The notes under the pieces: generated by a model
What the model was told of the DNA's origin: nothing
Seen by the model: only the letters and a program-made list of their open reading frames with translations
Databases searched by the model: none
In this document: one piece after another, positions 17,555-24,690 of the stretch
Layout: each line of letters begins with the position of its first letter
Numbering within the stretch: the first letter of the stretch is position 1
Position numbers and translations under genes: made by a program
DNA from: Candidatus Omnitrophota bacterium
Lineage (GTDB): Bacteria; Omnitrophota; Gorgyraeia; B26-G9
Length of the DNA stretch: 35,931 nt
Direction of reading: 5' to 3'
Assembly (NCBI GenBank): GCA_028718845.1
Contig: JAQULA010000001.1
Coordinates: 1 to 35,931 of the forward strand

Positions 17555-17884
17555 GAAGGATGGTATCATGATGTTTTTGATGACCCAGTTCGGTGTAATG
17601 GGAGTGATTCCTGTGAAGTGTTAAAAGCAAAACGATGGCATTTTATGCTAGTTTTAGCTGCGCGTCTAACTGAAAAGGCCTGGAGAATAAGTCAAGGGTT
17701 GTCTGTAGATGAAGGGCATGATCGGGCGATAGAGTCAACTTTTCAAGGAATTAAGCGTTGTTCTGATTTAATAAAAATTATTTGTAGAAAAACTAAATGC
17801 GATGATAAAAAAGAATATTTTGATGATTCATCCGTGTTGCCCAAAATTACAACAGTTACACCGCCGCCAATGTCAGGTTTTTAA
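17054..17884 (+). CDS. orphan rhs-CT cassette 2 (Rhs core end + 109-aa novel tip)
   Basis: The tracked ORF starts at a GTG, but homology to the main rhs begins earlier in the same frame (about 16999). The tip at 17555-17881 (EGWYHDVFDDPVRCNGSDSCEVLKAKRWHF...) is helical-looking and unrecognised. Confidence 0.75.
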   Translation: MIDYGYYDDGNLAFRQDSNGKVVYIYDGIHCIAEYDETGALLKEYVYGPNVDEVLCAQTPAGGVFYYHQDALQSVTALTDGFANKITDYEYDVYGAVTKTTSATDNQILFTGRWLDVETGLYYYRARWYDSETGRFISCDPIGVMGGVNLYGYCGNNGVNNTDPLGLEGWYHDVFDDPVRCNGSDSCEVLKAKRWHFMLVLAARLTEKAWRISQGLSVDEGHDRAIESTFQGIKRCSDLIKIICRKTKCDDKKEYFDDSSVLPKITTVTPPPMSGF

Positions 17885-17942
17885 AACTGGTTTTGGAAGC
17901 GGAACATTAATAAAAAAATAAATTGTATTATGGGGGATAAAA

Positions 17943-18608
17943 ATGGAAAAACTTACTTTTGAAGAATGGATTTCCTGGATTTTTAATCATGAAGTTGTTA
18001 AACCAGCATGGTTTTATGGTATTAATGCTCCTTTTTATGAGTTGAATCATGATCTCTCAGTGCAATATGTTACACGATTATTCCAAGAAGCAGGAGAAAA
18101 ACTATCTGTATTTTCTGATGAGCAAGTTAACCAAGGATTGTATTTTTTAATTGATCCTGGGGCATCGGGGATTATCTGTCAAGCTGTTGTCAATGATGTC
18201 GAATTAAATAAAGTGAGGGAATTAATTTTTACAATTAACAATATATATTCAAATATTTTCTTCAAAAGATGTACTCCCTATTTAAGTCATTTGAACGAGT
18301 CAGGAGTTGGCGCACTTAATCCCGTTTGTTATATGTGGTGGGATGTTTCAGCATTTGGTTCTTTAGGCAGGAATACAAATAGCGAAGAATCTATCTTGGA
18401 GGCTTGTTTGGAAACGATGCGAAAAATACTTGAACTGCCGCATGATGCATGTCGAGAAAGTGCTTTGCATGGATTGGGACATTTGGTTCGAATGAATAGA
18501 AAAAAAACATTGTGCCAACATTTGATAGCTGAATTCTTAAGAAATAATTACTTGCGGCAAGAATTAAGGGATTATGCTAAAGCAGCCCAAAATGGGACTG
18601 CGCAATAA
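17943..18608 (+). CDS. cytoplasmic-looking protein, candidate immunity 2
   Basis: GGGGGA RBS. No signal peptide or TM segment. It directly follows orphan 2, is AT-rich, and belongs to no family I recognise. Confidence 0.5.
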   Translation: MEKLTFEEWISWIFNHEVVKPAWFYGINAPFYELNHDLSVQYVTRLFQEAGEKLSVFSDEQVNQGLYFLIDPGASGIICQAVVNDVELNKVRELIFTINNIYSNIFFKRCTPYLSHLNESGVGALNPVCYMWWDVSAFGSLGRNTNSEESILEACLETMRKILELPHDACRESALHGLGHLVRMNRKKTLCQHLIAEFLRNNYLRQELRDYAKAAQNGTAQ

Positions 18609-18645
18609 ATTTTTAAAGGAATAGCTTAACCAAAGTGTCAAATAG

Positions 18646-19443
18646 TTGGCATGGAAGATGGGCCTTGCCGGCACCACCTGGACCTATACCTGGAACGCGG
18701 AGAACAAGCTGATACGCGCGGCCTCCAGCAGCGGGAAGGTGATTGATTACGGCTACTACGACGACGGCAACCTTGCGTTCCGGCAGGACAGCAGCGGCAA
18801 GGTTGTCTATGTTTATGACGGCATCCACTGCATTGCCGAGTATGACGAGACCGGTGGCTTGCTTAAGGAATATGTTTACCCCGTGAGCCCTGCGGGCAAC
18901 GGGGCAAGTGGACCGAATGTGGACGAGGTGCTGTGCACACTGGAATCGAGCGGCGGCGTATCCTATTATCATCAGGATGCGTTGCAGAGCGTGGTGGTGT
19001 TGACGGATGGGTTTGCCAACGAGGTGGTATCATACGAATATGATATATACGGCGCGCTAACTAAGACAGTTGGCACAAAGGATAATCAGATCTTATTTAC
19101 CGGCCGGTGGCTGGATAGCGATACTAATCTTTATTACTACAGAGCGAGGTGGTACGACGTAAGTAGCGGCAGGTTTATCAGCCGGGATCCGATTGGGATA
19201 ATGGGCGGGGTGAATTTGTATGGGTATGTTGGGAATGAGCCGGTACGGTTCGTTGATCCTTTAGGACTGAGTCGGGATGTATGGGGATGTCAGTTGTTGT
19301 ATGAACGAGATAACGTGTGCAGTAATCTATTCAAATTTTGCGTTTATGCTTGCCAAAAAGCCGAAGGAGATACTGGACTGCGTATTAAAAAAGTAAAGTG
19401 GCTAAAATGTATTCCGTGTTTAAAAAATTGGTTAATATTATAA
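18646..19443 (+). CDS. orphan rhs-CT cassette 3 (Rhs core end + 57-aa Cys-rich tip)
   Basis: The tip at 19270-19440 is SRDVWGCQLLYERDNVCSNLFKFCVYACQKAEGDTGLRIKKVKWLKCIPCLKNWLIL (6 Cys). An in-frame ATG at 18658 sits just before the repeat. Confidence 0.7.
   Translation: MAWKMGLAGTTWTYTWNAENKLIRAASSSGKVIDYGYYDDGNLAFRQDSSGKVVYVYDGIHCIAEYDETGGLLKEYVYPVSPAGNGASGPNVDEVLCTLESSGGVSYYHQDALQSVVVLTDGFANEVVSYEYDIYGALTKTVGTKDNQILFTGRWLDSDTNLYYYRARWYDVSSGRFISRDPIGIMGGVNLYGYVGNEPVRFVDPLGLSRDVWGCQLLYERDNVCSNLFKFCVYACQKAEGDTGLRIKKVKWLKCIPCLKNWLIL
18676..19269 (+). repeat. Rhs core-end repeat, copy 4 (with a short insertion YPVSPAGNGAS)
   Basis: TWTYTWNAENKLIRAASSSGKVIDYGYYDDGN ... DPLGL (19255-19269). It shares the upstream junction GCCGGCACC with copy 3. 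Confidence 0.9.
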
Positions 19444-19452
19444 GGAGAAAAA

Positions 19453-19806
19453 ATGGAAGAAAATAAACTTAATGCACCAATAGATATGTTAATTAAAAAA
19501 ATTTTGTTTTGGGCTTTGATGTCAATGTCCACAGTGTTTATTTTAAATGCGATTATCCCCCAGCAAACACTTAATGAATTTACGAAAAATCCGAATTTTT
19601 TATACATATTCTTTTTTATGGGTCTTTGGTGGAGTTCTCTTATTCTTATTTTTGTTGGAAGCATATTGGGAACTATTAGGGGTATAGTAATTTTCAAGAA
19701 ATATAGATTTAGTTTGTTGTTAAAAAAAGAGGCTATCTATTTGTGGTGTTCCATTTCCGTACTCTTGTTAATCATCTGTATTTTGCTGATGTATCTTTTG
19801 TTATAG
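19453..19806 (+). CDS. small 3-TM membrane protein, candidate immunity 3
   Basis: AAGGAG RBS. It starts 9 nt after the orphan 3 stop and has three hydrophobic helices. Confidence 0.5.
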   Translation: MEENKLNAPIDMLIKKILFWALMSMSTVFILNAIIPQQTLNEFTKNPNFLYIFFFMGLWWSSLILIFVGSILGTIRGIVIFKKYRFSLLLKKEAIYLWCSISVLLLIICILLMYLLL

Positions 19807-20633
19807 AAAACAGTTGGTGGACCTATACCTGGAACGCGGAGAACAAACTGATCCGCGCGGCCTCCAGCAGCGGAAAAGTAACTAATTACGGCTATTACGA
19901 TGACGGGAATTTGGCGTACCGGCAGGATATCAACGGCAAGGTTGTCTATATTTACGACGGCATCCACTGCATTGCCGAGTATGACGAAAGCAATGCCTTG
20001 CTCAAGGAATACGTCTACGGCCCGAACGTGGATGAAGTGCTGTGCGCGCAGACTCCGGCAGGCGGGGTAGCGTATTATCATCAGGATGCGTTGCAGAGCG
20101 TAACAGCGTTGACGGATGGGTTTGCCAACAAGGTTGTATCTTACGAATATGATGTGTATGGTGCACTAACCAAGACAGTTGGCACAATAGATAATCAGAT
20201 CCTGTTTACCGGACGGTGGCTGGATAGTGATACTAATCTCTACTACTATAGGGCAAGATGGTATGATTCGGAAGCAGGGAGGTTCGTTTCCCGGGATCCG
20301 ATTGGGGTAATGGGCGGGGTGAATTTGTATGGGTATTGCTTAAATAATTCGATTAAGTTTAATGATCCTAAAGGGCTATGTGGAATTCCAATCCTGCCGC
20401 CTAAGATGCCCGATGTAGTTAATCCTAACTGGGGAGAAGGAATAAATAATAGAAATATGCACGAAAGTGGATATATCATGTGTTATCTTGCAAGTTCTGA
20501 GATTGTATTTGATGAGGATGCTTGCATGAAATTTAAATGCATATATGAATGTGAGGATGGTTCAATTGTACAGATAGGGCACGTATCTGAGTGTGAAGCA
20601 ATTCATTTTCTTCCCTACACGCCAATAGATTAA
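19743..20633 (+). CDS. orphan rhs-CT cassette 4 (Rhs core end + 84-aa Cys-rich tip)
   Basis: The tracked GTG start overlaps the immunity 3 gene, and real homology starts near 19815. The tip at 20379-20630 is CGIPILPPKMPDVVNPNWGEG...CIYECEDGSIVQIGHVSECEAIHF (7 Cys). Confidence 0.7.
   Translation: MVFHFRTLVNHLYFADVSFVIENSWWTYTWNAENKLIRAASSSGKVTNYGYYDDGNLAYRQDINGKVVYIYDGIHCIAEYDESNALLKEYVYGPNVDEVLCAQTPAGGVAYYHQDALQSVTALTDGFANKVVSYEYDVYGALTKTVGTIDNQILFTGRWLDSDTNLYYYRARWYDSEAGRFVSRDPIGVMGGVNLYGYCLNNSIKFNDPKGLCGIPILPPKMPDVVNPNWGEGINNRNMHESGYIMCYLASSEIVFDEDACMKFKCIYECEDGSIVQIGHVSECEAIHFLPYTPID
19815..20378 (+). repeat. Rhs core-end repeat, copy 5
   Basis: WTYTWNAENKLIRAASSSGKVTNYGYYDDGN ... DPKGL (20364-20378). 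Confidence 0.9.
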
Positions 20634-20646
20634 GGAGATAAGAGCT

Positions 20647-21201
20647 ATGAAGAACATTATTTGTTTAAAAAAAGTTGACGGACAGTGGATGATTCTTATG
20701 AATTATGTTTTATTTGAAGTGTCAATTGTTTTTCTTAAAGGAATGCCTAGATTGTCTTGCTTAATAAATTATGCGGATTGGAAGAGGCTATTGATTAAGA
20801 TGCTGATACAAAAGAAGAATCATTCGCAAAGAAAAAAAGAAGGTAAAATTTTACAAAAAATCGGCAGGGATATTTGTTATATATCGGATAAGCCGTTGGA
20901 GATATTGTTGCCGTCAGATGAGCTGGAATCTAAAAATAATTTTAAGCTTACCAAAGAAGATAAAAAAACTGGCATGTCTAAATATATCGCTGTGGAAATA
21001 AGCAATGTTACGATTCATTTTCACAGAAACATGTTTGTAAAATTTCGGGATGCCTTATTGGATGCAAATCAGGTTCTGGAAAAACGGCTGGAAATATTGA
21101 CCGGTAATAAAGAATGTAAAAGGGCTATGATTAAAAAAATAGAAGAAGGTAAAGTGAAACAGGTGGTAGTAAGAGGAAATATTATTAAAAACAATTATTA
21201 G
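20647..21201 (+). CDS. Lys-rich soluble protein, candidate immunity 4
   Basis: AAGGAG RBS 7 nt upstream. It directly follows orphan 4, is AT-rich, and belongs to no recognised family. Confidence 0.45.
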   Translation: MKNIICLKKVDGQWMILMNYVLFEVSIVFLKGMPRLSCLINYADWKRLLIKMLIQKKNHSQRKKEGKILQKIGRDICYISDKPLEILLPSDELESKNNFKLTKEDKKTGMSKYIAVEISNVTIHFHRNMFVKFRDALLDANQVLEKRLEILTGNKECKRAMIKKIEEGKVKQVVVRGNIIKNNY

Positions 21202-21257
21202 AATTAAGAATAGGATTTAGAGGGGGCCTTGTTCAAAGTTATTGAATACCATATGCT

Positions 21258-21599
21258 TATGACCAAGATGGCAATCTCAAGGCATCATCAGTAAAAGGAG
21301 TCACTTGGACTTACACTTGGAACGCTGAGAATAAACTTACGCGTGCGGCCTCCAGCAGCGGGAAGGTGATTGATTACGGTTATTACGATGACGGCAACCT
21401 CGCGTTCCGGCAGGACAGCAGCGGCAAGGTTGTCTATGTTTATGACGGCATCCACTGCATCGCGGAATATGATGAGAGCGGAGCGTTGCTCAAGGAATAC
21501 GTCTACGGCCCGAACGTGGATGAAGTGCTGTGCGCGCAGACCCCGGCCGGCGGGGTATCACGCCCGGTGGCACGAGCCGCAGAGGGCAGGTTTGTTTAG
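21258..21599 (+). pseudogene. decayed rhs remnant with no toxin tip, marking the end of the array
   Basis: YDQDGNLKASSVKGVTWTYTWNAENKL...CAQTPAGGV matches main rhs 13611-13907, including a 156-bp block I read as identical (21402-21557 vs 13752-13907). Homology then breaks. A frameshifted trace, YHARWHEPQRAGLF, resembles YYRARWYDSEAGRF. Confidence 0.8.
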
Positions 21600-21639
21600 G
21601 ATAAGCGGAAATATTATAATAAGTAAAGGGGAGGTGTGT

Positions 21640-22344
21640 ATGCGGAAAAATTGGATGATTGCAGCTGGAGTGGTAATCGGTGGTATGATGTGTGCCTCTT
21701 TGGCTTACAGCGCGACTTTGAGCGTGACGGTAAAGGCGGATAAGCAGTATTATTCCGAAGGAGAAACCGCGGTTTTTAATGTGGAACTGAAAGACGGGAA
21801 CAGTTGGGCTAAAGAAGCGGGGCTCACTTTGCGGGCGAGTTTTCCCGATCCCGCTACACCAGTAAGTTTGGTTTTTGTATCGATCGGTCATTATAAATTT
21901 GAACCTAAACTGGGGAAAACACCAAAAGACCAGGCATTAAATGTCGAAGTATATCAAGGGAAGAAAACAACGCGGCCGGCAGCTACTGCCGCTGCAAATA
22001 TCACGGTGTTCCCGGTTGTGGATAGTACTTTTACCGTGAAAGAAGGTAGCCATACTAATCACACGGATATTACTTTACAGATATCGTCGGATGCCGATCA
22101 TGAGCTGATGGTGAGTGAAGCTGCCGGTTTCGATGATGCGGTTTGGCAGCCGTATGCGGCAAGCCTGGCGTATGTTTTGAGCAATGGGGATGGCGTAAAG
22201 ACAGTCTATATGAAATTCCGCCACCTTTTTCTCAATACAGAAGAAACGGAACAGCGCACAATTAATTTAGATACGGTTTCTCCGGCGGTGACGATAATGT
22301 CTCCATCCGAGGGGGCAGCGATTACGGGAAAGACTCAGCAATAG
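21640..22344 (+). CDS. secreted protein of unknown function (Ig-like beta-rich)
   Basis: Start moved to ATG 21640 (GGGGAGG RBS; MRKNWMIAAGVVIGGMMCASLAYSA is a signal peptide). The tracked 21370 start is a read-through from another frame of the rhs remnant. The C-terminal DTVSPAVTIMSPSEGAAITG looks like the start of an Ig-like domain that is cut short. Confidence 0.55.
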   Translation: MRKNWMIAAGVVIGGMMCASLAYSATLSVTVKADKQYYSEGETAVFNVELKDGNSWAKEAGLTLRASFPDPATPVSLVFVSIGHYKFEPKLGKTPKDQALNVEVYQGKKTTRPAATAAANITVFPVVDSTFTVKEGSHTNHTDITLQISSDADHELMVSEAAGFDDAVWQPYAASLAYVLSNGDGVKTVYMKFRHLFLNTEETEQRTINLDTVSPAVTIMSPSEGAAITGKTQQ

Positions 22345-22347
22345 AAG

Positions 22348-22740
22348 TTAACGTATTTCTCCGGTTATTTTTAGGGATATGACCGGGGAGGCTGAGTTTT
22401 TAAAACTGAGAAAGATGTATTTTGCGAATTTTCCTTTGCCGATTAAATTAGGATAAAGCGTAAAAGTTATAACACGGTGTTTACCGGCCGGGATTGCCGG
22501 TGAGAGGGCTACGTCTTTTTTTATGACAAGGCAGTCGCACGAAGAACGGACTTTATCCAGGAAAATGTCCTGAGTTTCGTTGTTGACAATAGTTAAGGAT
22601 CGTTCAATTGGAGTATCGGTCGGGGCTAAGATATCAAAGCGGATCTGTGCGGGGTTTATTTCAGCAGCAATGATGGGTTTATAAAATAGGACGCAGATAA
22701 TAAATATCAGACATAAAATTAGAAAAATAAATTGTCGCAT
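22348..22740 (-). CDS. DUF1573-like secreted protein
   Basis: Signal/anchor MRQFIFLILCLIFIICV. A single beta-sandwich-sized domain carries the SSCDC motif typical of DUF1573 (SCGC-type). Confidence 0.6.
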   Translation of the reverse strand: MRQFIFLILCLIFIICVLFYKPIIAAEINPAQIRFDILAPTDTPIERSLTIVNNETQDIFLDKVRSSCDCLVIKKDVALSPAIPAGKHRVITFTLYPNLIGKGKFAKYIFLSFKNSASPVISLKITGEIR

Positions 22741-22811
22741 AATGTAATTATAGCGCAGATGGTTTTTCTATCAAGTAAAAAGCCATATTTGGAGAAGGAA
22801 CGGTTATCTTA

Positions 22812-23981
22812 GTGAAAAAGTTTTTGTTGTCCGTGCTTATGCTGTTTATTTTGTGCGGGGTAATCTACGGCAAGCAGAACGATAAAGGCGCACGGTTGGT
22901 CGCGTATCTTTTTGCGTCTTCCACGTGTGAGGGATGTGCAAACCTGAAAGATAAATTCCTGCCGCAGGTGCTTGATCAATATAACCAAGACATTGTGCTG
23001 CGATATATTCCGGTCGATACCGAAGACGCGTTCGCGTTGGAGCTCCTTTATGAACAATATTATCGGGTTGATACGAACCACGCGGTAAAACTTTTTGTCG
23101 GCGAACAGTGCCTTAGCGGCATAACCGCAATCCGTGAGCGTCTGCCGATAGTTCTTGCCGAAGAACTGCGAAAAGAATCACGGACAATCACTCCGGAAGA
23201 GATAAAAGCTGAGTTGTGTCCTAATCCGGCCGATGAGGAGAGAGTCCTTTTGTCCCGGTTTTCCTCACTAAGCCCGTTGCTCGTGGCTTCGGCAGGGCTG
23301 GCCGACGGAGTGAACCCCTGCGCTTTTGTGACAATCGTCTTTTTTATCTCATTGTGTGCCGCGCTTAAAAAGACCAGGCGCGATATGCTCTTAACCGGCA
23401 TGGTATTTATGCTGGCGGTTTTTATCACGTATCTTCTTTTGGGTATCGGTGTTTTTCGTCTGATCAAAGTAGTCTCTATACATTATGGCATCGCTGCCGT
23501 ACTGCGATTATTAACCGGGATAATCGCGTTGGTGCTTGGGTGCGTAAGTTTGTACGACGGGATTCGCTATTATTATGCCAAGTGTTCGGATGCGGTTGTT
23601 TTAAAACTGCCGGGTTTTATACGCAGGATGATCAATCGTTTTTTAAGCATTAAATTGCGTTCCGGGCAGTTGATTGCGGGAGTATTTCTCAGCGGGGTGG
23701 TGGTTTCTTTATTGGAATCTGTATGTACCGGGCAGATGTATGCGCCGACGATTGTGTTTATTTTGCAAAAAAAAGAACTGGCAGACAAGGCGATGTGGTA
23801 TCTTATTCTGTATAACTGTATGTTTGTTCTACCGCTCTCAGGTGTTTTTTTTATCGCGTATCAAGGTGTGCATTCGCAAAGAATTTCGCAGTTTTTATCG
23901 CGTAATGTCGTTATTGCGAAAATTCTGCTGGCGGTATTATTTTTAATATTAGGTTTTGTTCTTATTCGTGGTTTTAAGTAA
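22812..23981 (+). CDS. thioredoxin-like CxxC domain fused to a DsbD/CcdA-type membrane electron-transfer domain
   Basis: GTG start and signal peptide. The periplasmic domain has STCEGCANLKDKF (CxxC). It is followed by a polytopic domain with GVNPCAF and a second Cys (ESVCTGQ), as in the CcdA/DsbD family. Confidence 0.65.
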   Translation: MKKFLLSVLMLFILCGVIYGKQNDKGARLVAYLFASSTCEGCANLKDKFLPQVLDQYNQDIVLRYIPVDTEDAFALELLYEQYYRVDTNHAVKLFVGEQCLSGITAIRERLPIVLAEELRKESRTITPEEIKAELCPNPADEERVLLSRFSSLSPLLVASAGLADGVNPCAFVTIVFFISLCAALKKTRRDMLLTGMVFMLAVFITYLLLGIGVFRLIKVVSIHYGIAAVLRLLTGIIALVLGCVSLYDGIRYYYAKCSDAVVLKLPGFIRRMINRFLSIKLRSGQLIAGVFLSGVVVSLLESVCTGQMYAPTIVFILQKKELADKAMWYLILYNCMFVLPLSGVFFIAYQGVHSQRISQFLSRNVVIAKILLAVLFLILGFVLIRGFK

Positions 23982-24030
23982 CAGTTAATAACCGTTGATA
24001 ACCATTATTAACCGAGGGTAACCGTATCGA

Positions 24031-24642
24031 TTACGTCGCCGGCCGGATGTTGTCGAAGCCGCCTTCGATGACTCCCTGGGCGGCGATGTTGTTGAGGATG
24101 TTTTCCGCTTCGATGTCATGGGCGGAAACACGGAGCAGCTGGGCGGCGGCGGATTTGGCTTTGGGATAATCTTTTTTTTCGTAATACAAATTGGTGATCT
24201 TTCGCAAGGCGTTGATATGGTTCTTGTCGATGCTTAAGAGTTCTTCCAGGACATTGATCGCGCGCAGCAGGTTGCCCCGGCTCATCAGGATCATTGCCGA
24301 GGTGTAGAGCGCGCCGGTGTTGGACGGATTGAGCAGGGTTAATTTTTCAGCAATGCCGGCCGCTTCGTCGTTGCGGTTTGCCGCGCGCAATAGCGAGATT
24401 TTTATGGATAAGATCGCGCCGAAGAGGATTTCGATAACGCGTTGTGCCGGAGACGGCGGGGTTATTGCTCTTTTTTCCCGTAACGCGGTGCGTAAATAAC
24501 GGCGGCATTCGTCAAAATCAGGGGCCGAGGCCAGGATCTGTTGAAAAAGGTCGATAGCATAGCCGTAATTTTTTTTTCTTAACGCGGCAACCCCTTTTTG
24601 GTACAATTCATTATCATAGCGCGGGTTATTTGTCGTTTCCAT
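24031..24642 (-). CDS. TPR repeat protein
   Basis: TPR-like motifs include KKNYGYAIDLFQQIL, GNLLRAINVLEELLSIDKNHINAL and KKDYPKAKSAAAQLL. Confidence 0.7.
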   Translation of the reverse strand: METTNNPRYDNELYQKGVAALRKKNYGYAIDLFQQILASAPDFDECRRYLRTALREKRAITPPSPAQRVIEILFGAILSIKISLLRAANRNDEAAGIAEKLTLLNPSNTGALYTSAMILMSRGNLLRAINVLEELLSIDKNHINALRKITNLYYEKKDYPKAKSAAAQLLRVSAHDIEAENILNNIAAQGVIEGGFDNIRPAT

Positions 24643-24690
24643 ATAGTAGTATTGTAAATTAAAACCAGAACACTGTCAATCGGAGCAGGC

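Noticed and set aside
13638-20081. Recurring - strand ORFs of about 60-120 aa (13638-13919, 15234-15419, 16916-17257, 18613-18972, 19737-20081, 20002-20187) that look like a conserved protein family
   Set aside because: They are conserved only because they lie antisense to the repeated Rhs core-end segment. The + strand frame carries the YD/RHS core motifs.
13653-21557. Possibility that the regularly spaced repeats (about every 1.2-1.8 kb) form a CRISPR-like or other non-coding array
   Set aside because: The repeats are 0.3-0.6 kb long, protein-coding (Rhs core end) and in frame with downstream tips. The spacers between them are ORF pairs, so this is not a CRISPR array.
21370-21639. N-terminal 90 codons of tracked ORF 21370-22344
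   Set aside because: This part is an alternative frame of the rhs remnant (the Rhs frame is 21366-21599). A good RBS plus signal peptide start at 21640, so only 21640-22344 is called.
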